Source: an uncultured Myxococcales bacterium (lineage in GTDB: Bacteria > Myxococcota_A > UBA9042 > CAIXZC01). From it: a stretch of DNA of 64,000 nt. The position numbers and the translations under genes are program-made. Below the pieces are notes generated by a model. It was not told the origin of the DNA. It did not search any database and saw nothing but the letters and a program-made list of their open reading frames with translations. The stretch spans positions 43,644 through 107,643 of the forward strand of contig CAZFVN010000002.1 of the NCBI GenBank assembly GCA_964522395.1. Direction: 5' to 3'. This document shows positions 8,819-17,281 of this stretch, one piece after another; positions within the stretch are counted from its first letter, which is position 1; every line of letters begins with the position of its first letter.

Positions 8819-8935
8819 CTAATGGGTGAGGCAAACGATGGGTACGAAGGGAGTGGGTGGAGCAAATGGGCGAGGCAAATGGGTGAGGCAAGTGGGTGAG
8901 GCAAACGATGGATACGAAGGGAATGGGAGAGGCAC
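8819..8935 (+). repeat. Local tandem duplication of the inter-paralog leader motif, with about 4 copies of GGGTGAGGCAAA-like 12-mers.
   Basis: GGGTGAGGCAAACGATGGGTACGAAGGGAGTGGG occurs at about 8824-8858 and again at about 8894-8928 as ...GATGGATACGAAGGGAATGGG. Intervening copies are TGGGCGAGGCAAA and TGGGTGAGGCAAG. Confidence 0.7.
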
Positions 8936-8937
8936 AA

Positions 8938-11900
8938 ATGGCTAGAAGGCACATCACAGTTGGGCTCACTATCGCAGTATTGGCGCTGACGTGCTTCTCG
9001 CCCTTTTCAGCGCAAGCGGCTGCACCCGCTGCTCTCTCCTACCAGGGGTTCTTGACCGATTCGGTGGGTAACCCGGTGACAGGTACCTGGACAGTGACTT
9101 TTGGACTTTATGGGGAGCCCTCGGGAGGGGACTCGCTCTTCATGGAGTCATTGGATGTGACTACTGACAAGGGGCTCTTCAGTGTCTATCTAGGAACTCC
9201 GGACAATCCGCTTCCGGTGGCTTCATTTGAAACCGGCGAGCTCTTTCTTGAGTTGACGGTGGAGACCGACGATGGCCCCGTTGTGCTGACGCCGCGCCAG
9301 CAGGTAGTGTCGGATCCCTACGCCCTCTATGCCCAGGATTCTGCGCAACTCGGCGGTGAAGATTCTTCATCGTACGTGCTGCTCCAGCAGTTGCCGGACA
9401 TATGTATCACCCCCGAGGCCTTGCCCGACGTTCTGTTGGAGCTGGGAATTACGGGTGGCGGACTGGACGAGGAGGCCCTGGCCGCCTGGTTGCTGGCCAA
9501 TTCATTTGTGGATGAAACCTCTCTTTTGTCCTGGCTCCTGGAAAACGGGTATGAGACTGGTTCGCACTTCTCGGGTCTATACGAGGATCTCATCGATGTT
9601 CCTGACCTCGCCGGCTTCATGACGGCGGAAGATGTGGCCGAGGCCCTTGCTGCCCTGGGTGCGGTGTTACTGGCCGATGGCTCGGTGGCCCTCGATGGGA
9701 ATTTTGATTTTGCTGGCTTCCAGGCACTCAATCTGGCCGTACACAATTCCTTGGAGTCCCCGGAAGAGCCTGTAACCGGTCAGCTCTGGTGGGACCTGAA
9801 CGAGTCGCTGCTGCGGGTCTATACCGGCCAGGCGTGGTCTGGTATCGGCACGGGTGTAGCGGCAGATCTTTCTTGTCCCGAGTGCGTCGAGGCTGATGAT
9901 GTGGCCTTCACTTTCGCCGCGGCTGACCAGAAGGGCGGTGCGGCGCTCAACGTCAACTGCTTCCAATGTATCAGCGAAACTGAAGTGAACTTCGCCTGGG
10001 CCAAGGGGGTTGAGCCTGGCGGTGATGCCGAGCACGCGCTCACTGCCGACACGGCAACCAACGCGCTCACTGCGGACACAGCGGCGGATGTAGATTGTCC
10101 CGGCTGCGTTGATCTCGCAGACGTCAATCCCGCAGTCCTCGTTTCCGACGTCGTCGCCTTTGATGATTCGGTAACCAAGTTGGGGGCCAATACCGTCCAG
10201 GGGGCCTTTGAGAAACTGGCTGCTGTGGGCGGCTCCAGTGCGGTGGAGGGCAATGGCACCATCGTGCCCTACGTCGAGCAATGGGGACTTCCTGCATACG
10301 GGTCAGCCACGACTTATCTGCACCTGATGAACCCGGCTTCGCCAAAGGTCCTGATGCACCTTTATGCTGATGATTCGGCCAGCTTTGCCTCCTCCAATAA
10401 TCTGGTAGTGGCCTATGACTTTGCCCCAAACCAATACTCAGCCGGGGCCATGGGTAACCAGGGGGAGACTGCGCTTCAGGTGGGCAATCCCAGCACTTTC
10501 AACAGCGGCAGCCACATCATGGTGCACCAGACCACCGGAGATGACGGTATTACTGCCGGTACCTGGGAACTCAACCAGGTGAAGTCGGTGAACGGCTCGA
10601 CGCTGCATCTGATCAAGCCTCTCGCTCACGGTTATGTCACAGGGGGAAAGGCCAAGGCGCAGGTCGTGCTGGCGGCCTCCTTCGGCAATGTCGAAATCGT
10701 CAATGGTGGGACGCTCAAACCCTCTTCGCCGCTAGCGGTGGACGGCTCCATGGGCGGAATTGTCTATGTGCGGGCCAATAAGATGACCGTGAAATCCGGA
10801 GGTCGTATCAACGCGGATGGAGCCGGCTTCCAGCCCTCAGCGGGCGGCTATTTCGCCCCCGGTTCTTCGGAGTGCGGGGTTGGTACGGCGGGTGACTCTA
10901 AGCAGAACTGCTCGGGCGGGGCTGCCGGCGCTATCCAGTGTGCCAACGCTGGCGGCGGTGGCAACAAGACCGCGGGCCAGGATGGCTCCAATCACGGCAA
11001 TTGTGCCACTCAGACCGAAGGAGGAGCGTCCAAGGGTGACGGCAACCTCAATACGTTGGAATTCGGTGGTGCTGGTGGTACGCAGTTCGCAGGTGGCGGC
11101 GCGGGTGGTGGAATTGTTGTTATCGGGGCACAGTCTTTTGTAGTGCAGGACGGCGGCAAAGTCACGGCAGACGGAAAGTCGGCCAGCGACCGTGGCTCTG
11201 GTGGCGGTGCCGGCGGAACTATCGCACTCTTCGCAGATTTCCACCAGTTGGACGGGGATGTCTCCGCGGTTGGTGGCGAGGGTGGCGACGTGAAGCAGTG
11301 GAAGTATATTGAGCCTAAGCAACTGACTCCGGTCTCCTTCAATACCCGCTCCCATGGTGGTGGCTATAGCCCCAAGTACCTGGAGTTCTGGTACCCGGAG
11401 TGGTCGGGTTCGACCATCTACCGCTATAGCAGGGAATACGCTCCCCTCGGTGATTTTGCCTCGGGAAACGATCACATGATGCAACTCTGGGGCGACCCTG
11501 ACGGCACCTACTACACGATCAATTGGAGCCAGGACCGGGTGCGGAAATGGTCGGACAAAGGGGACAATCAGTTATGGGAGTACAATATCGGCAGTACCGC
11601 CGGGGCTGTTTGCACCGACGAAACCTACGCCTACGCCATGCGGCACAGCGGCAACGATGTGTGGAAGCTGAACAAGGCCACGGGCCAGCACGTGCAGACC
11701 TTCTCACTGAACAACACGGCAAGTATCTACGGTGGCCTGGTCTGTACTCCGGGGCGCCTCTACTACGGGCAGTCGGGTGGCAGTGTCTATATACACGACT
11801 CATCATCGCATCAGCAATTGGGCTCGTTTACGGTGGGCACCAGCATCAACAATATGTCCTTCGATGGTCAGGTAATGTACGTTTCGCCCAACTCCAGTAC

Positions 11901-13050
11901 TGTAACCCGCTTCCAACTCGTTGACGGCAATATCTACGAGCCGGCCGGGTCGGGTGGTGATGGTGGCGAAGGATGGATTGTCGAGAAGGCCCCAATGGCG
12001 GGAATCATCAATGAATCATACCCAAAGGGTATCGAGATTTGGGTAGATGGTGACGAGGTAACGCCGCAGGTGGGTGACCCCAACGCTAAGGGCACACCCG
12101 CTTGGGATGCTGCGACTCAGAAATGGGGCAAGGACGGCTTGGAAGCCTGGGCTACCGGTCCCCTGGACCTTACTTCGGTTGCCAATTGGACGCTAGGCGA
12201 GCACTCGCTGCAGGTGAAAGAGACGGGTGGTGCCGGTGGCGACGTCAAGATGTTTGCTTATGTCATCTACCCCTTCACCAAGTCGAGCGCCCCGGTAAAT
12301 GATACTTGCGATCAGCCGGTGATGCTGGACCTCTCAGATAGTGTTACCGTTGCCGGTACAACCGAAGATGTGATGGGCAAGATCAAGGCAACCGATGCCA
12401 ATACCGGGCCCTTCTGCGGCGGCTCGGGTGGAGCGGATGTTACCTATGCCTTTGTCCTGGATGATTGGCGGAGTATAAGCATTTCAGTGACTTCTGCCTT
12501 CGTCCCCAGAGTCTACTTGCGTAAGGACAGTTGTGCCGATGGTCAGGTCGTAGCGTGCGGCACCAGCCAAATCGATACAGGAGTGCTGGAGCCGGGGACC
12601 TACTATCTCGTGGTAGACTCAGACGGCAATATGCAGAAGGGGAACTTCACTCTCACCGTTGTGCCTTCGCCCCCAGATGCTCCAGGCAATGACTCGTGCG
12701 CCGGACCGCAGCAGATGGTCTTCCAGAACAACGTTGCCAAAGCCAGCGGCATGACGCTTTTTTCTAACGACCTCTACTCCGCTGCGTGTGGCGGGGATGG
12801 TGCACCAGAGAACATCTTCACGTTCGAGGTGCCGGCTGGCACTGCCAAACTGGATATCGACGTCAGCGCTGATTTTGACCCCACCATCTATATGGTCAAG
12901 GGTAACTGTGATGGCGTTCTTATCGCCTGCATCCCAGACAAGACATATCAGATGGGCTGGCCAGGGCCGGGGACCTATTTCCTCTTCCTGGACGGCAAGA
13001 CCGCAAACGACAAGGGGCTCTACGAGTTAACGGTGACCCTGACGCAATAG
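8938..13050 (+). CDS. Array paralog C, long form. Secreted multidomain protein.
   Basis: The ORF is open from 8896. The probable start is ATG 8938 (MARRHITVGLTIAVLALTCFSPFSAQA|AAPAAL), which gives a canonical signal peptide. The in-frame extension MDTKGMGEAQ is possible, so the start is uncertain. Confidence 0.75.
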   Translation: MARRHITVGLTIAVLALTCFSPFSAQAAAPAALSYQGFLTDSVGNPVTGTWTVTFGLYGEPSGGDSLFMESLDVTTDKGLFSVYLGTPDNPLPVASFETGELFLELTVETDDGPVVLTPRQQVVSDPYALYAQDSAQLGGEDSSSYVLLQQLPDICITPEALPDVLLELGITGGGLDEEALAAWLLANSFVDETSLLSWLLENGYETGSHFSGLYEDLIDVPDLAGFMTAEDVAEALAALGAVLLADGSVALDGNFDFAGFQALNLAVHNSLESPEEPVTGQLWWDLNESLLRVYTGQAWSGIGTGVAADLSCPECVEADDVAFTFAAADQKGGAALNVNCFQCISETEVNFAWAKGVEPGGDAEHALTADTATNALTADTAADVDCPGCVDLADVNPAVLVSDVVAFDDSVTKLGANTVQGAFEKLAAVGGSSAVEGNGTIVPYVEQWGLPAYGSATTYLHLMNPASPKVLMHLYADDSASFASSNNLVVAYDFAPNQYSAGAMGNQGETALQVGNPSTFNSGSHIMVHQTTGDDGITAGTWELNQVKSVNGSTLHLIKPLAHGYVTGGKAKAQVVLAASFGNVEIVNGGTLKPSSPLAVDGSMGGIVYVRANKMTVKSGGRINADGAGFQPSAGGYFAPGSSECGVGTAGDSKQNCSGGAAGAIQCANAGGGGNKTAGQDGSNHGNCATQTEGGASKGDGNLNTLEFGGAGGTQFAGGGAGGGIVVIGAQSFVVQDGGKVTADGKSASDRGSGGGAGGTIALFADFHQLDGDVSAVGGEGGDVKQWKYIEPKQLTPVSFNTRSHGGGYSPKYLEFWYPEWSGSTIYRYSREYAPLGDFASGNDHMMQLWGDPDGTYYTINWSQDRVRKWSDKGDNQLWEYNIGSTAGAVCTDETYAYAMRHSGNDVWKLNKATGQHVQTFSLNNTASIYGGLVCTPGRLYYGQSGGSVYIHDSSSHQQLGSFTVGTSINNMSFDGQVMYVSPNSSTVTRFQLVDGNIYEPAGSGGDGGEGWIVEKAPMAGIINESYPKGIEIWVDGDEVTPQVGDPNAKGTPAWDAATQKWGKDGLEAWATGPLDLTSVANWTLGEHSLQVKETGGAGGDVKMFAYVIYPFTKSSAPVNDTCDQPVMLDLSDSVTVAGTTEDVMGKIKATDANTGPFCGGSGGADVTYAFVLDDWRSISISVTSAFVPRVYLRKDSCADGQVVACGTSQIDTGVLEPGTYYLVVDSDGNMQKGNFTLTVVPSPPDAPGNDSCAGPQQMVFQNNVAKASGMTLFSNDLYSAACGGDGAPENIFTFEVPAGTAKLDIDVSADFDPTIYMVKGNCDGVLIACIPDKTYQMGWPGPGTYFLFLDGKTANDKGLYELTVTLTQ

Positions 13051-13092
13051 AGTAGCAACCGGTGTGGACTCAAAGCCGCACCAGAGGAGTTG

Positions 13093-16000
13093 ATGATGAA
13101 AGGAAGACTAGCACTGGCAATCTCGGCAGCGATGTTGGCAAGCTTGGCGATGTTGCCGTTGGCAGCTCAGGCTGCGGCCCCTGCGGCCCTCTCTTACCAG
13201 GGCTTCCTGACCGATTCAGTTGGTAACCCGGTGACGGGGACGTGGACAGTGACCTTCGGACTCTACGCTGAGCCTTCGGGAGGCGATGCCCTCTTCCAGG
13301 AATCATTGGATGTGACCACCGACAAGGGGTTGTTCAGCGTCTATCTGGGTACTCTGGACAATCCTCTGCCGTTGGCTGAGTTTGAAACCGGGCAGCTCTT
13401 TCTGGGCCTGACCATTGAGACTGATGATGGGCCGGTGGCGTTGACACCAAGACAGCAGGTGGTGTCGGATCCCTATGCCCTCTACGCCCAGGATGCCGCG
13501 CAGCTTGGTGGGGAAGACGCGGCTGCGTTTGTCTTGCTCCAGCAGTTGCCTGACCTCTGTATTACACCCGAAGCTCTGCCTGATGTCCTGGCAGAGTTGG
13601 GTGTCGTGGGTGGCGGTCTGGACGAAGCGGCGCTTGCTGCCTGGCTTCTCGTAAATGGCTACAACCCTTGCGCCTGTTATGCCGATGATAATGTGGTCGA
13701 CTATCTGGCTGCAGCCGGGTACGAGCCCGGCCCCTATTTCTCCGGCCTCTATGACGACCTCATTGACGCCCCTGACCTCGCCGGTTTCATGACGGCCGAG
13801 GACGTTGCCGATGCCCTCAGCAATCTAGGTGCGGTGCTCCTGGCAGATGGCTCAGTGGCGCTGGAGGGAGATTTCGATTTCGCCGGCTACCAGGCCCTCA
13901 ATCTGGCAGTACACAACTCACTTGAACCACCTGCGGAGCCGGTCGCCGGTCAACTTTGGTGGGACCTTGCCGACGGTCTGCTGAAGGTCTACACCGGCCA
14001 GGCATGGTCGGGGATTGGCACCGGCGTGGCTGCGGACATAGCCTGTCCCGAATGCGTGGATGCAGATGATGTGGCCTTTACCTTTGCGGCCGCTGACCAG
14101 AAAGGTGGCGCGGCGCTAAATGTGAACTGTTTCCAGTGTATAAGTGAAACCGAAGTCAACTTCGCCTGGGCCAAAGGCGTTGAGCCCGGTGGCGATGCCG
14201 AGCATGCCCTCACCGCGGATTCGGCCCTGACGGCCGATAAGGCCATTGACGTGGAGTGTCCTGGGTGTGTCGGCCTCTCGGACATCGACGCTGCTGCCCT
14301 GGCCTCAGAAGTTGTCAGCTTCGACGATTCGAAAACCAAGATTGGGGCACAAACGGTGCAGGGGGCCCTTGAAAAGTTGGTCGCCAGTGGTGGCAGCGGG
14401 GCTGTTGAAGGCAATGGCACCATCGTCCCCTATGTCGAACAATGGGGTCTTCCCGCTTACGGCTCGGCAACTACTTACCTGCATCTGATGAACCCAGCTT
14501 CACCCAAGGTACTGATGCACCTCTACGCCGATGACTCGGCCAGCTTCGCGTCATCAAATAACCTCGTTGTTGCGTATGCCTTTGCGCCCAACCAATACTC
14601 GGCTGGAGCCATGGGCAATGCGGGGGAGACCGCGCTGCAGGTGGCCAACCCCAGTACCTTCAACAGCAGCAGCCACATCATGATTCATCAGACCCGGGGT
14701 GATGACGGAGTCGTCGCGGGTACCTGGGAACTCAACCAGGTGAAGTCGGTGAACGGCTCAACCCTCCATTTGATTAAGCCCTTGGGCAACACCTATGTCA
14801 CCGGCGGCTCTGCTAAGGCCCAGGTAGTGCTGGCGGCGTCCTTCGGCAATGTGGAGATTGTCAACGGCGGAACCCTCAAGCCGTCTTCACCGCTGGCGCT
14901 GGATGGCTCCATGGGCGGCATCGTTTACGTGCGAGCGAACAAGATGACCGTGAAGTCGGGCGGTCGTATTGACGCGGACGGGATGGGCTTTCGGCCGACC
15001 CCAGGTGGTGACTTCGTCCCCGGTTCTTCAGAGTGTGGTCTTGGCACCGTCGGTGACTCCAAACAAAACTGCTCAGGGGGGGCTGCAGGCAAGTGGCCAT
15101 GTGGGAATGCTGGGGGTGGTGGCAATAAGTCCGCAGGCCAGAACGGCTCGGATCATACAGGTTGTCCAATTGAAACTGAGGGTGGTGCAGCTAAGGGCGA
15201 TGCGAACCTCAATACGCTTGAGTTCGGAGGTGCCGGAGGCACTCAATTCGCAGGCGGCGGCACCGGGGGTGGCATTGTGGTCATCGGGGCCCAGTCGTTT
15301 GTTGTTCAGGACGGCGGTAAAGTCTCGGCAGACGGTATGGCGGCCACCGATCGAGGTTCCGGCGGTGGGGCCGGTGGGACCGTAGCGCTCTTCGCAGACT
15401 TCCATCAGTTGGACGGCGAAGTAACGGCCACGGGTGGAATTGGCGGGGAAGTGGTGACGTGGAGTTTCATTGAGCCAAAGGCTCTTGAGTCCGTCTCCTT
15501 CAATACCCATTCCCATGGTGGCGGCTATAGTCCCAAGTACCTGGAGTTCTGGTACCCACAGTGGTCTGGGTCGACCATCCACCGTTATGACATCGATTAT
15601 GTGTCGCTCGGGACGTTTGCCAGCGGCACCAGCGATATAATGGGTCTCTGGGGAGACACGGACGGCACCTACTACACCGCCAACTGGGGTCAGGACAAGG
15701 TGCGCAAGTTCTCGGACAAGGGCAGTGACCAGATCTGGGAATACGGTTTGGGTACCACAGCCGGTGCTATTTGCTCCGACGAGAACTATGCCTATGCGAT
15801 GCGGCACGGCGGTGACACGGTGTGGAAGCTCAACAAGGATACTGGACAGCTCGCCGAGACCTTCTCTTTGCCCGGAGCGAACAGCATTACAGGTGGTTTG
15901 GTTTGCACTCCGGGGAGGTTCTATTATGGCACCGACAGTGGGACGGTGCGTATCTACGACGCTAACTCTCATCAGCAGATCGGTAGCTTCAACGTTGGCA

Positions 16001-17211
16001 CTGGTATCGCCAATATGGCTTTCGACGGTAGGGTGATGTACGTCTCGCCGAACTCGAGTACTGTGACACGGTACCAACTCACCGAGGGCAACATCTACGA
16101 ACCTGCTGGCTCCGGCGGTGATGGTGGTGAGGGCTGGCTACTCGAGAAGACACCGATGGCCGGGATCATTAATGAGTCCTATCCCAAGGGTATCGAAATC
16201 TGGGTTGATGGGGAGAATGTCACTGCGCAGGTGGGTGACCCCAACGGCAAGGGCTCTCCGGCCTGGGATGCTCCCACCAGCAAGTGGGGCAAAGACGGCT
16301 TGGAGTCTTGGTCAACCGGGCAGTTGGACCTTACGTCAGTGGCTAACTGGACGCTGGGCGAGCACTCGCTGTCGGTGAAGGAGACAGGTGGTGCGGGCGG
16401 GGATGTGAAGATGTTCGCATACGTGGTCTACCCCTTCACAAAATCGAGCGCACCGATGAATGATACTTGTGATCAGCCGGCAATGCTTGACCTCTCCGAT
16501 ACGGCGGTGGTGACGGGCACCACCGAAGACGTCATGGGCAAAATCAAGGCGACCGATGCCAATGTCGGGCCGTTTTGCGGTGGCTCCGGTGGTGCTGATG
16601 TGACCTACGGATTTACGCTCACCGAATGGCGCAGTTTGTCCATTGCAGTGACCTCCGCATTCATTCCCCGGGTCTATCTACGCAAGGATTCTTGCGAAGA
16701 CGGCCAGGTGGTGGCTTGTGGCACCAAACTGATTGATACCGGGGTCCTGGAGCCGGGGACTTACTATCTGGTGGTGGATTCGGATGGGAATCTGCAGAAG
16801 GGCAACTTCACTCTGACCGTAGTTCCGTCGCCTCCCGATGCGCCGGGCAACGACTCTTGCGCAGCTCCCCAGCAGATGGTCTTCGAGAACAACATTGCCA
16901 AGGCCAGCGGCATGACTCTTTTTTCTAACGACCTTTACTCCGCCGCGTGTGGTGGAGATGGCGCACCAGAGAACATCTTCACCTTCGTCGTGCCCGCGGG
17001 GACGTCCAAATTGGATATCAGCGTGGACGCCGATTTCTCTCCTACCATTTATATGGTCAATGGAGCCTGCGAGGGTGCGCTCATCGCGTGCATCCCCGAT
17101 AGTTCTTATCAAATGGGGTGGCCAGGGCCGGGCACCTACTATCTTTTCTTGGATGGCAAGACAGCGGACGACAAGGGGATCTACGAATTGACCGTGGGCC
17201 TCACGCAGTAG
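13093..17211 (+). CDS. Array paralog D, long form. Secreted multidomain protein.
   Basis: GAGGAG RBS, then ATGATGAAA at 13093. Signal peptide MMKGRLALAISAAMLASLAMLPLAAQA|AAPAAL. Full domain set as in paralog A. Confidence 0.8.
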   Translation: MMKGRLALAISAAMLASLAMLPLAAQAAAPAALSYQGFLTDSVGNPVTGTWTVTFGLYAEPSGGDALFQESLDVTTDKGLFSVYLGTLDNPLPLAEFETGQLFLGLTIETDDGPVALTPRQQVVSDPYALYAQDAAQLGGEDAAAFVLLQQLPDLCITPEALPDVLAELGVVGGGLDEAALAAWLLVNGYNPCACYADDNVVDYLAAAGYEPGPYFSGLYDDLIDAPDLAGFMTAEDVADALSNLGAVLLADGSVALEGDFDFAGYQALNLAVHNSLEPPAEPVAGQLWWDLADGLLKVYTGQAWSGIGTGVAADIACPECVDADDVAFTFAAADQKGGAALNVNCFQCISETEVNFAWAKGVEPGGDAEHALTADSALTADKAIDVECPGCVGLSDIDAAALASEVVSFDDSKTKIGAQTVQGALEKLVASGGSGAVEGNGTIVPYVEQWGLPAYGSATTYLHLMNPASPKVLMHLYADDSASFASSNNLVVAYAFAPNQYSAGAMGNAGETALQVANPSTFNSSSHIMIHQTRGDDGVVAGTWELNQVKSVNGSTLHLIKPLGNTYVTGGSAKAQVVLAASFGNVEIVNGGTLKPSSPLALDGSMGGIVYVRANKMTVKSGGRIDADGMGFRPTPGGDFVPGSSECGLGTVGDSKQNCSGGAAGKWPCGNAGGGGNKSAGQNGSDHTGCPIETEGGAAKGDANLNTLEFGGAGGTQFAGGGTGGGIVVIGAQSFVVQDGGKVSADGMAATDRGSGGGAGGTVALFADFHQLDGEVTATGGIGGEVVTWSFIEPKALESVSFNTHSHGGGYSPKYLEFWYPQWSGSTIHRYDIDYVSLGTFASGTSDIMGLWGDTDGTYYTANWGQDKVRKFSDKGSDQIWEYGLGTTAGAICSDENYAYAMRHGGDTVWKLNKDTGQLAETFSLPGANSITGGLVCTPGRFYYGTDSGTVRIYDANSHQQIGSFNVGTGIANMAFDGRVMYVSPNSSTVTRYQLTEGNIYEPAGSGGDGGEGWLLEKTPMAGIINESYPKGIEIWVDGENVTAQVGDPNGKGSPAWDAPTSKWGKDGLESWSTGQLDLTSVANWTLGEHSLSVKETGGAGGDVKMFAYVVYPFTKSSAPMNDTCDQPAMLDLSDTAVVTGTTEDVMGKIKATDANVGPFCGGSGGADVTYGFTLTEWRSLSIAVTSAFIPRVYLRKDSCEDGQVVACGTKLIDTGVLEPGTYYLVVDSDGNLQKGNFTLTVVPSPPDAPGNDSCAAPQQMVFENNIAKASGMTLFSNDLYSAACGGDGAPENIFTFVVPAGTSKLDISVDADFSPTIYMVNGACEGALIACIPDSSYQMGWPGPGTYYLFLDGKTADDKGIYELTVGLTQ

Positions 17212-17281
17212 CGAAGCAACCGGTGCGGTTTTTTTGATGGGTGAGGCAAATGATGAGTAAGAACGGAAAGGGTGGTTCGAT
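17212..17281 (+). promoter_or_regulatory. D/E junction. It holds the post-stop motif GCAACCGGTGCGG plus a T7 tract, the leader GGGTGAGGCAAA, an 11-codon uORF (17250-17285, MMSKNGKGGSI) overlapping the main ATG as ATGA, and the RBS GGTGG.
   Basis: Read directly from the sequence. The uORF stop TGA at 17283-17285 overlaps ATG 17282-17284. Confidence 0.5.
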
